The translations under genes and the position numbers were made by a program. Positions 14,097-27,648 of a stretch of 64,000 nt of DNA are shown here, piece by piece. How positions within the stretch are numbered: position 1 is the first letter of the stretch; each line of letters begins with the position of its first letter. Under the pieces are notes generated by a model, which was not told the origin of the DNA, searched no databases, and was given only the letters and a program-made list of their open reading frames with translations. Source of the stretch: Octopus vulgaris (Eukaryota); NCBI GenBank assembly GCA_951406725.2, contig OX597828.1, positions 12,958,001-13,022,000 on the forward strand. Reading direction: 5' to 3'.

Positions 14097-14592
14097 GTTT
14101 CAATACAGGAATTCACATAAAGAATCTTGCAAACCAAATACAAAAACAAGGTATATCAAAATGCTGCTATTTATCAAAACAATGTTATTTAATTTAGATA
14201 TCATCATCATCATCATTTAACGTTTGTTTTCCATGCTAGCATGGGTTGGACGGTTTGACTGGGGTCTGGGAAGCCAGGAGGCTGCACCAGGCTCCAGTCT
14301 ATCATAACTAAAAAGCAGTGTTGTATGATTGTCAATGCAGCTGAATATCTAATGAGCTACAACAAAGTACTTTCACTTTCACTATCTTACTTATTTCAGT
14401 CAGTAGACTATGGCCATGTTGGGGCACCCACCACCATGAAGAATATTTAGTCAAATGAATCAACCCCAGTACTTACTTTCTAAACCTGATACTTATTCTA
14501 TTGGTCTCTTTTGCTGAACTGCTAAGTAACAGGGACAAAAACAGACCAACACCGATCGTCAAGCAGTGAAGGGGGACAAAGACTGACACACA

Positions 14593-14623
<31 letters not shown>

Positions 14624-15040
14624 TAGTATCTGCTTTCCATGCTGGCATGGGTTAGACAATTTGACTGGAACTGTCAAACTGGAGAGCTGTACCAGGCTCC
14701 AGTCAGGTTTGGCATGGTTTCTATGGCTGGATGCTCTTCTCAACACCAACCACTCCAAGAGTATAATGGGTGTTTTAAACATGCCACTAGCACGGGTGCC
14801 ACTCTGGTGGCACAGGTATCAGCCAAGACTATGATTTCACTTGGCTTGATGTGCATTCTCAAACACAGCATATCACCAAAGGCTTCAGTCACTTATCATT
14901 GCTGCTGTGAGGCCCAACGTTCAAATATCATGCTTCACCACCTTCTCCCATGTCTTCCTTGATCTACCTCTACCCCAGGTTCCCTCCAAAGTTAGAGATT
15001 GGTACTTCTTTACACAGCTGTCTTCATCCATATATATATA

Positions 15041-16135
15041 TCATCATCATCACCGTTTAATGTCCATTTTCCATGCTATACTGGCATGGGTTAGACAGTT
15101 CAACTGGGGTCTGGGAAGCCAGGAGGCTGCACCAGGCTCCAGTCTGATCTGGCAGAGTTTCTACAGCTAGATGCCCTTCCTCCGAGAGTGTAGTGGGTGC
15201 TTTTTACATGCCACCAGCACAGGGGCCATAAGAGGCTAGCAACAACTATGATCAGTTGGTGCTTTTACATGCCACTGACACAGAAACCAGTCAAGGCAAT
15301 GTTGGCATCGGCCACACTCGGATGGTGCTTTTTACATGCCACCGGCATTTGGTTTTGGTTTTGATGTACTTGACTCAATAGGTCTCCTCAAGCACAGCAT
15401 GTCACCCTACAATCCAAGGTACTTTTGAGTGGGCTGGTTATGCAACACTGCTGTAGGTTACAGCTGTCAACTCACTTTATTAGCTGGATCTTCTCAGTCA
15501 CAGCATATCTCCAGAGGTCTTAGTCTTTTGTCCTTGCCTCTATAAGGCCCAACATTAGAAGGTCATGCTTCACCACTTCATCCCATGTCTTCCTGGGTCT
15601 CCCTCTACCCTGGAGTTCCTTCCACTGTTTGGGAGTGGCACCTCTTCACACAGATTTTTTCATCCATCTGTAGTACATGACCATACCAATGCAAACATCT
15701 CTCTTGCAAGCCACATCTGATGCTTCTTATGTCCAACATTTCTCTCAGGGCACTTACACTCTGTCGTGTGTGCACACTGACATTACACATCCAGTGGATC
15801 ATGCTAGCTTCATTTCTTTTGAGCCTACGCATGTCTTCAGCAGTCACAGCCCATGTTTCACTGCTGTGAAGCATGGCAGTTCGCACACATGCATCGTACA
15901 ATCTACCTTGCACTCTGAGGGAGAGGCCCTTTGTCACCAGTAGGGGTAGGAGCTTTCTGAACTTTGCCCAGGCTATTCTTATTCTAGTGGTAATGCTCAC
16001 TGAGCATCCACCACCACTACAGACTTGGTCACCTAGGTAGCAGAAGCTATCAACTACTTCTAGTTTTCCCCCCTGGTATGTAATGGAATCTGTTTTCTGA
16101 GCATCTGTGGAGTTTATTGCCCCTGTTAATCTTCC
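15041..16135 (-). mobile_element. Same RTE-clade LINE family, degraded 3' fragment; duplicate at ~23908-25000
   Basis: EVVDSFCYLGD, MLHSSETW, LHWYGHVLQM, then the same 3' UTR and (TGA)n tail. Confidence 0.88.
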
Positions 16136-16987
16136 TTTGATGTGTTCATAGCTTACATGTATGTATGTATGTATGTATGTATGTATATATATGTATATAT
16201 GGGTACATCTTATATATAGACATCTGGGCCTGATGCAGCCTTCTGGCTTCACAGACCCCAGAACAGTCCAACCCATGCTAGCATGGAAAGCGGACGCTAA
16301 ATGATGATGATGATGATGATGATGATACACACACACATACATATGGCAGCTTTCTTTCAGTTTGCATCAACAAAATCCTCAAATTCACTTACAAGGCTTT
16401 GGTTGGCCCAAGATTATAATAGAAGACATTTGCCCAAGGTGCCATGCAGTGGGACTGAACCCAGAACAATGTGGTTGAGAAACAAACTTCTTTCCACGCA
16501 GCCACACTTGCACCTATACTTGCAGATTTTCTTCTTCCTGAAGTACTCAACTGTATTCTTAGAATCAGACATCATATGGAGCATGAATTTATTGAAGCAT
16601 GTTAGGTGACAACAGTTTGACCTTTTACTAATTGATCATTAGGTGAAAGGACATTTCAAGACAGCTATCTTCTACTTCAACGACAGAATAAGGTCGAAAT
16701 TATCTTCAAGGAACAACACGCAAAACAAATTATGTCCACTGATAATAAAGATGAAAGTGGTGGTAATGGTGGTGGTGGTGGGTGGGTGAAATGAAGACAA
16801 CAATAACAGTGAAAGCGAGAGTGGTGTTGATGATGATGATGATGACATAGGTGCTAAATATAGCAATCTTGTCAAGAGTAATTTTTAAGTCTGGAGGAAC
16901 GAATTACATCCTTGGAATTGAAATGGTGGTGATGATTATAGTATAGTTTACAGGAAGAAGGGGTTCGGTGTAGTGTATACTGTAGAG

Positions 16988-18106
16988 CAGAGGTTCTCGA
17001 CCATTATTTTATCTATGGATCCCTTTTATTACTATTTTATTCTGGTGGATCCCTGTAGTCATACGATATTTAAAAACTAGCTTCAAAGAAACTCCATACA
17101 AAATTCCCTATTTTGTTTTTCGCACATTAACTTGTTAAGTTGAACCATGTGAAATATTAGAGACAGAAACCTAGCTGTTTCTTGCAATAAATACCAATGC
17201 ATACATCGAAAGCAAAATTTTTTCAGGGCCCTTAAAATACTTATAATATGGTGAATGCCCAATTAACTATGTAAAATGTTAGAGAAAGAAAGCTAGTTGT
17301 TTCTTCAATAAATCGAAAGCAAAATTTTTCAGGGTCCCTTAAAATACTTATAATATGGTGAATGCCCAATTAACTATGTAAAATGTTAGAGAAAGAAAGC
17401 TAGTTGTTTCTTCAATAAATCGAAAGCAAAATTTTTTCAGAGGCCCTTAAAATACTTATAATATTGTGAATGCCCAATTAACTATGTAAAATGTTAGAGA
17501 AAGAAAGCTAGTTGTTTCTTCAATAAATCGAAAGCAAAATTTTTTCAGAGGCCCTTAAAATACTTATAATATTGTGAATGCCCAATTAACTATGTAAAAT
17601 GTTAGAGAAAGAAAGCTAGTTGTTTCTTCAATAAATCGAAAGCAAAATTTTTTCAGGGACCCTTAAAATACTTATAATATTGTGAATGCCCAATTAACTA
17701 TGTAAAATGTTAGAGAAAGAAAGCTAGTTGTTTCTTCAATAAATCGAAAGCAAAATTTTTTCAGGGGCCCTTAAAATACTTATAATATTGCAAATGCCCA
17801 ATTAACTATGTAAAATGTTAGAGAAAGAAAGCTAGTTGTTTCTTCAATAAATCAAAAGCAAAATTTTTTCAGGGGCCCTTAAAATACTTATAATATTGTG
17901 AATGCTCAATTAACTATGTAAAATGTTAGAGAAAGAAACCTGTTTGTTTCTCGCAATACATACCGATACATACATCTAAGACAAAATTTTTTCAAGGGCT
18001 CTTCAAATACTTTTAGGGATTCCCAATTTACTATTTTGTTGCGTGGACCCCACAAAATCTTATATGAACCCTCAGGCGTTGTATGGACCCCAGCTGAGAA
18101 GCACTG
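16988..18106. mobile_element. hAT (Charlie-like) MITE with internal 108-bp tandem array; duplicate at 25863-26982
   Basis: Termini CAGAGGTTCTCGAC / GCTGAGAAGCACTG; 8-bp TSD ctgtagag vs ctgtatag (7/8). Confidence 0.8.
17205..17940. repeat. 108-bp minisatellite, ~7 copies; duplicate at ~26080-26815
   Basis: aatgc(c/t)caattaactatg recurs at 17254, 17361, 17469, 17577, 17685, 17793, 17901. Confidence 0.95.
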
Positions 18107-18516
18107 CTGTATAGTAATACTATAATGGTGTGCCATGTACAGTAACCATAGTAAAATTAGGGATAGTATGTGTTAACAACAGTATAGTCTTGTGTACTGT
18201 ACAATAACATACATTGATGCAGTGTACGCTAACAGTAACCTAGTGTGATATATTGCACAGTAACAATGTTATATACTGGTGTAATGTATTCTAACAAGAG
18301 TACTGATAAAAAGGGGGAAAAAAAGAAAAAATATATGTAACATTTAACATAGGCGTAGGATTGGCTGTGTGGTAAGTAACTTGCTAACCAACCACATGGT
18401 TCCGGGTTCATTCCCACTGCATGGCACCTTAGGTAAGTGTCTTATACTATAGCCTCAGGCCAACCAAAGCCTTGTGAGAGGATTTGGTAGATGGAAACTG
18501 GAAGAAGCCCGTCGTA

Positions 18517-18563
<47 letters not shown>

Positions 18564-18722
18564 TCATCATCATCATTTAGCGTCCGTTTTCCATGCTAGC
18601 ATGGGCTGGACGTTCAACTGAGGTCTGTGAAGCCGGAAGGCTTCATCAGGCCCAGTCAGATCTGGCAGTGTTTCTACGGCTGGATGCCCTTCCTAATAAC
18701 CACTCCGTGAGTGTAGTGGGTG

Positions 18723-18766
<44 letters not shown>

Positions 18767-21584
18767 ATGTCTGTATATGTTTATGTGTCTGTGTCTGTGC
18801 CCCCAACATCGCTTGACAACCAATGCTGGTGTGTTTTTCATCTCTGTAACTTAGCGGTTTGGCAAAAGAGACCGATAGAATAAATATTAGGCTTCTAAAG
18901 AATACATCCTGGGGTCGATTTGCTCAACTACAGGCGGTGCTCCAGCATGGAGGCGGTCAAATGACTGAAACAAGTAAAAAGAGTAAATAAAGAGAGAGAG
19001 AGAGAGAGTATTTAACTTAGAAAAAAATCATGAGACAAGAAAAGTAAGGGAGGCAACTCCGAAATCCAAATAAACAATATTAATGAGTTTGATCTTTGGA
19101 AAGTACACTGACCATACCAGGCTTGTTTCAGCGTTATTAAGTCTCCTCAGCAAAGTATAGTTGACTTGGGTGGGAGAATAAAGATCTTACATGAAAAACA
19201 TTCCCTGATTGAGTAAATTTAAAGAACGACTAGGAAGAAATTTCCTTGGGATACCTTCTGCATGAAGAGCACACAGTTTTGTGGAAAGTGATGTAACCTT
19301 AATAAAAATTACAGGGCCAACAATTCTTCATCTTTAATGATAATTTTTGTAAAGACAGGCAACGAGAACAATTCTGAAATCCAAATTAATTCAAAAATTG
19401 GATTGGGACATGCAGTGGGAAGAAAGGCAACCTCTGAGGAATTGGAACTCAGAAAATAAAGATAGACAAAATGTCAATCAACATTATGTCCGACGAATAT
19501 ATTATAGAGTCAAGGCAGCAAGCTGGCAGAAATGTTAGCATGACGCGCAAAATGCTGAGTGGCATTTCGTCTGTCTTTACATTCTGAGTTCAAATTCTGC
19601 CGAGGTCGACTTTGCCTTTCATCCTTTCGGGGTCGATAAATTAAGTACCAGTTATGCACTGGGGTCGATGTAATCGACTTAATCCATTTGCCTGTCCTTG
19701 TTTGTCCTCTCTGTGTTTAGCCCCTTGTGGGTAGTAAAGAAATAGGTATTTCATCTGCTGTTACTTTCTGAGTTCAAATTCCACCGAGGTTGGCTTTGCC
19801 TTTCATCCTTTCGGGGTCAATAAATTAAGTACCTATTTCTTTATTACCCACAAGGGGCTAAACACAGAGGGGACAAACAAGGACAGGCAAATAGGATTAA
19901 GTCGATTACATCGACCCCAGTGCGTAACTGGTACTTAATTTATTGACCCCGAAAGGATGAAAGGCAAAGTCGACCTTGGCGGAAATTGAACTCACAACGT
20001 AACGGCAGACGAAATACCGCTAAGCATTTCGAGAGGCGTGCTAACGTTTCTGCCAGCTCACTGCCTTACATTAAGTACCAGTTACGCACTGGGGTCGATG
20101 TAATCGACTTAATCCGTTTGTCTCCTCTATGTTTAGCCCCTTGTGGATAATAAAGAAATAAGTATTTTGTCTGTCTTTACATTCTGAGTTCAAATTCTGC
20201 CAAGGTTGACTTCGCCTTTCATCTTTTCAGGGGGTCAATAAATTAAGTACAACCTGCATACTGGGATCAATCTAATCAACTACCTCATCTCCCCAAAAAT
20301 TTCAGGCCTTGTGCCTAGAGTAGAAAAGAATATATTATGGGGTCAGTAGTTTTGGAAGAAGTATCTAAAGAATTAGTTTTTAAACATCAAATGGCTATGG
20401 GAGGTGTCCACCAGAGTAGAATAGTAACTAAAGGGGTTCATAGATATAAAAAAAACGGTTGAGAATTACTGCTCTGAATGATCGTTTGATTTAATACAAA
20501 TAGCAAAATTTGCTCAAATGAAACCCGCCATATAATAATAAGAAAATAACACATAGGATAGTGCAGTGCTGGGCTCCCTGGACGTAGAAAAAAGACAGGA
20601 TGGTCACGGCCAGAATCTCTCTGATTACAGAATTGCCCGATTAAGTCTGGGTCTGGGGCCAATCAACAACTGTGCAACAGCTCCCTACAACCGATTGAAA
20701 AGGAAGCGAGGTTCTATCAGACTTAACTCTCTTCAAAAACGAAAACATTGGAAAATAAACTCACAGATATACTATCAGAATATAAGAGCTGATGGCCATG
20801 GTAGGAAGGTTTTTGATCGCAGGTCTTCTCAAACAGAAGACCTGGAGCTTATCAACAATTATAATCGATTCAAACTTTAGTGTAAAAGTAATGTGTAACC
20901 CAGAGTTATCTCCCTTACATCAAGTATTGTCTAAGTTGTTGCACAGCAACCAATATTTTTTTTTTTATTAAATCAGTATAACCGATTTTTCTCTCCTAAA
21001 AGATTTTACTGAAAATTTTCAAATGAAAGACCAATCGCAAACAATATTTGGACTCGAGAATTACGTTCGGATAGTGCTTTTTACATGCCATCAGGACAGG
21101 AGCCAGTCAGGGGGTACTAGTACCTGCCACGTTTGGATGGTGGTTTTAACGTGCTGGAGTAGTTTTAAAGGCGGCAAGCTGGCAGAAACGTTAGCACGTC
21201 GGGCGAAATGCGTAGCCGTATTTCGTCTGCCGTTACGTTCTGAGTTCAAATTCCGCCGAGGTTGACTTTGCCTCCTCGTCCTTTCGGGATCGATTAAATA
21301 AGTACCAGTTATGCACTGGGACCGATATAATCGACTTAATCCGTGTGTTTGTCCCTCTGTGTTTAGCCCCTTGTGGGTAGTAACGAAATAGGTTTTAACG
21401 CATACCACTAGCACGGGAGCCAGTCAGGCAGGCCTGGCATCGATCACATTTGGATGATGCATTTAACGTGCGACCAGAACAGGAGCCAGTCAGGAGGGCA
21501 CTGACCACATCTATGATGATGATGATGATGATAAATGGATGCAAATAAAAAGAGACAAGAAATAACAGATATTTTTACACTTAC

Positions 21585-21907
21585 ATTGTTTTCTGATGGT
21601 CTCTTTTTTGCTTCTTCCGGTGACAAATTTTCTTCTAACGATTTCTCATGAGTACAGTGGTTATTTTTATTGCTTGATTCCGTAGTACAGCTTTCCATCC
21701 TTTGAATCCGGTGTGATGTCCACTCGCTCACAAACGGTGGACTGACCATTGTCCACAGACAAAGAACCACTACGAGAATTTAACCTGATCGTTTTCCTAT
21801 CAAAATTTATGCATGAAACTGGTGGCTTCACTTGTGTCGTTGACTCAGTCGATGGATTATATGAAGACATAAAACGTGGCATAGGTTTCTCTTGGACGTC
21901 TGCAGAA
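21585..21907 (-). pseudogene. C2orf49: Duplicate of Ashwin exon 3 with +1 frameshift
   Basis: Near-identical to 30459-30780 with the same splice sites, but 323 nt: plus strand ctttccatcc (~21691) versus ctttcatcc, giving a premature stop at 21667. Lies in the duplicated block. Confidence 0.75.
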
Positions 21908-22771
21908 CTGCAATGGATATAAAAATCTCTTTAAATTATTTATTTCAAATAAAATATTTCCTGCAAACAAGACTCCTTACCTACATTATGGAACCTATTA
22001 TGTGCATGTAAACTAGAAAGTCTCCTATGGCCACTCAACTTGTTAGAAACAGCAGTCAAATCTCCCTCAAGTTCACTTCACAACAACATGGTTTCAGGTT
22101 CAATTCCACTATGCAGTACCTTGGGCAAGTATCTTCTACTATAGTCACAGGCCAACTAATTCCTTGTGAGTGAATTTGGTGGACAGAAAATGTGTGGAAA
22201 CCCATTGTGTGTGTGTGTGTGTGTGTGTGTTTATGCATATACATGTGTATATATACATATGTAAAATATGTGTATGCATATGTATATCAGAGACAATATG
22301 GTCGATGCCCATGTCGCATAACTAGCACCCGTGCTAGTGACATGTAGAAAGCACTTTTCAAGCATTGGGCCTCAGAGGCAATGACAAATAACTGAGACCT
22401 TATACTGTGCTTAAGACGGTGAGCTGACAGAAACATTAGCACACCGGGCGAAATGCTTAACAGAATTCTGTCTGAATTTACGTTCTGAGTTCAAATTCTG
22501 ACATGGTCGACTTTGCCATACATCTTTTTTGGGGAGTCGATAAATTAAGTATTAGTTGCGTACTAAGGTCAATCTAATCGATTGGCCCCCTTCCCCAAAA
22601 ATTTCAGGCCTTGTGCCTAAAGTAGGAAAGATTATACCATGCTTAGAAGACCCATCAAGCCAAGTGAAATTGCAGTCATGGCAGATATTGGTGTCATGCA
22701 ACTGGCACTCATGTCGGTGGCACGTAAAAGCACTCATTAAACTCTCAGAGTGGTTGGCATTAGGAAGGACA

Positions 22772-23139
22772 TCTCTCTATATATAAACGGCAAAATGTCT
22801 GTCTGTGTGTGTGTCCTTTATACAAATCCACAGTTTTTCGGTTAGAGGGCTCGCACTTTCTATGGTCATTCAAAACCGTCCAAGGGTGGTCGTGCACATT
22901 TTTACATTTCTCCAGTCACTCCGCAAAGCCATTAAAAAATCAATAGAAGTGACTTTTTCATGAATTTTCTATCCAAAACCCAATCAAAATGCCCGAAACT
23001 TGATACGCCAATTGAATGCCAGCTGGCTGTATGTGATTGGTCAGAGATTTGGACAGTACTCGCGTGTATGTGCACACGCACACAGCTGTATATGCATGCA
23101 CTAGCACTATGACCCGGCGTTGCCAGGTCATAGTGCTAG
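22772..23139 (+). mobile_element. Non-autonomous Helitron (368 bp) inserted in a LINE 3'-UTR repeat; duplicate at 31647-32013
   Basis: 5' TC, 3' palindrome ending CTAG, inserted between A and T with no TSD; removing it restores aggaaggaca|tccaact of the host repeat. Confidence 0.85.
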
Positions 23140-23387
23140 TCCAACTAATAGAAACCATGCCAAATCAAACTGGAGTCTGGTGTAGCCCCGCAGCTTACCA
23201 GCCCTGCTTAAACCGTCTGACCTATGCCATCATGGACATCCATGACAACATGGATGCAAAATCTAAATGAGGAAGATGATGATTTATGTGTGTGTGTGAT
23301 CATCATTTAACGCCTGCTTTCCATACTGGCATGGGTTGGATGGTTTGACTGAGGACTAGCAAGCCAGGAGGCTGCACCAGGAGGCTG

Positions 23388-23487
23388 NNNNNNNNNNNNN
23401 NNNNNNNNNNNNNNNNNNNNNNNNNNNNNNNNNNNNNNNNNNNNNNNNNNNNNNNNNNNNNNNNNNNNNNNNNNNNNNNNNNNNNNN
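23388..23487. other. Assembly gap (100 N)
   Basis: Run of N; round-number length suggests a placeholder. Confidence 0.99.
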
Positions 23488-26400
23488 CATCATCATCTAG
23501 TATCTGCTTTCCATGCTGGCATGGGTTAGACAATTGACTGGAACTGTCAAACTGGAGAGCTGTACCAGGCTCCAGTCAGGTTTGGCATGGTTTCTATGGC
23601 TCTTCTCAACACCAACCACTCCAAGAGTATAATGGGTGTTTTAAACATGCCACTAGCACGGGTGCCACTCTGGTGGCACAGGTATCAGCCAAGACTATGA
23701 TTTCACTTGGCTTGATGTGCATTCTCAAACACAGCATATCACCAAAGGCTTCAGTCACTTATCATTGCTGCTGTGAGGCCCAACGTTCAAATATCATGCT
23801 TCACCACCTTCTCCCATGTCTTCCTTGATCTACCTCTACCCCAGGTTCCCTCCAAAGTTAGAGATTGGTACTTCTTTACACAGCTGTCTTCATCCATATA
23901 TATATATCATCATCATCACCGTTTAATGTCCATTTTCCATGCTATACTGGCATGGGTTAGACAGTTCAACTGGGGTCTGGGAAGCCAGGAGGCTGCACCA
24001 GGCTCCAGTCTGATCTGGCAGAGTTTCTACAGCTAGATGCCCTTCCTCCGAGAGTGTAGTGGGTGCTTTTTACATGCCACCAGCACAGGGGCCATAAGAG
24101 GCTAGCAACAACTATGATCAGTTGGTGCTTTTACATGCCACTGACACAGAAACCAGTCAAGGCAATGTTGGCATCGGCCACACTCGGATGGTGCTTTTTA
24201 CATGCCACCGGCATTTGGTTTTGGTTTTGATGTACTTGACTCAATAGGTCTCCTCAAGCACAGCATGTCACCCTACAATCCAAGGTACTTTTGAGTGGGC
24301 TGGTTATGCAACACTGCTGTAGGTTACAGCTGTCAACTCACTTTATTAGCTGGATCTTCTCAGTCACAGCATATCTCCAGAGGTCTTAGTCTTTTGTCCT
24401 TGCCTCTATAAGGCCCAACATTAGAAGGTCATGCTTCACCACTTCATCCCATGTCTTCCTGGGTCTCCCTCTACCCTGGAGTTCCTTCCACTGTTTGGGA
24501 GTGGCACCTCTTCACACAGATTTTTTCATCCATCTGTAGTACATGACCATACCAATGCAAACATCTCTCTTGCAAGCCACATCTGATGCTTCTTATGTCC
24601 AACATTTCTCTCAGGGCACTTACACTCTGTCGTGTGTGCACACTGACATTACACATCCAGCGGATCATACTAGCTTCATTTCTTTTGAGCCTACGCATGT
24701 CTTCAGCAGTCACAGCCCATGTTTCACTGCTGTGTAGCATGGCAGTTCGCACACATGCATTGTACAATCTACCTTTCACTCTGAGCGAAAGGCCCTTTGT
24801 CACCAATAGGGGTAGAAGCTTTCTGAACTCTACCCAGGTTATTCTTATTCTAATGGTAACACTCTCTGAGCATCCACCACCACTACAGACTTGGTCACCT
24901 AGGTAACAGAAGCTATCAACTACTTCTAGTTTCTCCCCCTGGTATTTGATGGAATCTATTTTCTGAGCATCTGTGGAGTTTATTGCCCCTGTTAATCTTC
25001 CTTTGATGTGTTCATAGCTTACATGTATGTATGTATGTATGTATGTATGTATATATATGTATTAGAAAGAGAAACCTGGGTACATCTTATATATAAGACA
25101 TCTGGGCCTGATGCAGCCTTCTGGCTTCACAGACCCCAGTTGAACCGTCCAACCCATGCTAGCATGGAAAGCGGACGCTAAATGATGATGATGATGATGA
25201 TGATGATATACACACACATACATATGGCAGCTTTCTTTCAGTTTGCATCAACAAAATCCTCAAATTCACTTACAAGGCTTTGGTTGGCCCAAGATTATAA
25301 TAGAAGACATTTGCCCAAGGTGCCATGCAGTGGGACTGAACCCAGAACAATGTGGTTGAGAAACAAACTTCTTTCCACGCAGCCACACTTGCACCTATAC
25401 TTGCAGATTTTCTTCTTCCTGAAGTACTCAACTGTATTCTTAGAATCAGACATCATATGGAGCATGAATTTATTGAAGCATGTTAGGTGACAACAGTTTG
25501 ACCTTTTACTAATTGATCATTAGGTGAAAGGACATTTCAAGACAGCTATCTTCTACTTCAACGACAGAATAAGGTCGAAATTATCTTCAAGGAACAACAC
25601 GCAAAACAAATTATGTCCACTGATAATAAAGATGAAAGTGGTGGTAATGGTGGTGGTGGTGGGTGGGTGAAATGAAGACAACAATAACAGTGAAAGCGAG
25701 AGTGGTGTTGATGATGATGACATAGGTGCTAAATGTAGCAATCTTGTCAAGAGTAATTTTTAAGTCTGGAGGAACGAATTACATCCTTGGAATTGAAATG
25801 GTGGTGATGATTATAGTATAGTTTACAGGAAGAAGGGGTTCGGTGTAGTGTATACTGTAGAGCAGAGGTTCTCGACCATTATTTTATCTATGGATCCCTT
25901 TTATTACTATTTTATTCTGGTGGATCCCTGTAGTCATACGATATTTAAAAACTAGCTTCAAAGAAACTCCATACAAAATTCCCTATTTTGTTTTTCGCAC
26001 ATTAACTTGTTAAGTTGAACCATGTGAAATATTAGAGACAGAAACCTAGCTGTTTCTTGCAATAAATACCAATGCATACATCGAAAGCAAAATTTTTTCA
26101 GGGCCCTTAAAATACTTATAATATGGTGAATGCCCAATTAACTATGTAAAATGTTAGAGAAAGAAAGCTAGTTGTTTCTTCAATAAATCGAAAGCAAAAT
26201 TTTTCAGGGTCCCTTAAAATACTTATAATATGGTGAATGCCCAATTAACTATGTAAAATGTTAGAGAAAGAAAGCTAGTTGTTTCTTCAATAAATCGAAA
26301 GCAAAATTTTTTCAGAGGCCCTTAAAATACTTATAATATTGTGAATGCCCAATTAACTATGTAAAATGTTAGAGAAAGAAAGCTAGTTGTTTCTTCAATA

Positions 26401-27392
26401 AATCGAAAGCAAAATTTTTTCAGAGGCCCTTAAAATACTTATAATATTGTGAATGCCCAATTAACTATGTAAAATGTTAGAGAAAGAAAGCTAGTTGTTT
26501 CTTCAATAAATCGAAAGCAAAATTTTTTCAGGGACCCTTAAAATACTTATAATATTGTGAATGCCCAATTAACTATGTAAAATGTTAGAGAAAAGAAAGC
26601 TAGTTGTTTCTTCAATAAATCGAAAGCAAAATTTTTTCAGGGGCCCTTAAAATACTTATAATATTGCAAATGCCCAATTAACTATGTAAAATGTTAGAGA
26701 AAGAAAGCTAGTTGTTTCTTCAATAAATCAAAAGCAAAATTTTTTCAGGGGCCCTTAAAATACTTATAATATTGTGAATGCTCAATTAACTATGTAAAAT
26801 GTTAGAGAAAGAAACCTGTTTGTTTCTCGCAATACATACCGATACATACATCTAAGACAAAATTTTTTCAAGGGCTCTTCAAATACTTTTAGGGATTCCC
26901 AATTTACTATTTTGTTGCGTGGACCCCACAAAATCTTATATGAACCCTCAGGCGTTGTATGGACCCCAGCTGAGAAGCACTGCTGTATAGTAATACTATA
27001 ATGGTGTGCCATGTACAGTAACCATAGTAAAATTAGGGATAGTATGTGTTAACAACAGTATAGTCTTGTGTACTGTACAATAACATACATTGATGCAGTG
27101 TACGCTAACAGTAACCTAGTGTGATATATTGCACAGTAACAATGTTATATACTGGTGTAATGTATTCTAACAAGAGTACTGATAAAAAGGGGGAAAAAAA
27201 GAAAAAATATATGTAACATTTAACATAGGCGTAGGATTGGCTGTGTGGTAAGTAACTTGCTAACCAACCACATGGTTCCGGGTTCATTCCCACTGCATGG
27301 CACCTTAGGTAAGTGTCTTATACTATAGCCTCAGGCCAACCAAAGCCTTGTGAGAGGATTTGGTAGATGGAAACTGGAAGAAGCCCGTCGTA

Positions 27393-27439
<47 letters not shown>

Positions 27440-27602
27440 TCATCATCATCATTTAGCGTCCGTTTTCCATGCTAGCATGGGCTGGACAGTTCAACTGAGG
27501 TCTGTGAAGCCGGAAGGCTTCATCAGGCCCAGTCAGATCTGGCAGTGTTTCTACGGCTGGATGCCCTTCCTAACGCCAACCACTCCGTGAGTGTAGTGGG
27601 TG

Positions 27603-27648
<46 letters not shown>

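Noticed and set aside
17205-17940. Regular array resembling CRISPR
   Set aside because: Whole 108-bp units repeat with no unique spacers; eukaryotic context, no cas genes. The same applies to the 22-bp array at 46168-46480.
20566-20880. 104-aa plus-strand ORF (duplicate at 29444-29758)
   Set aside because: Non-ATG start, no domain, intronic antisense; recurrence is only due to the block duplication.
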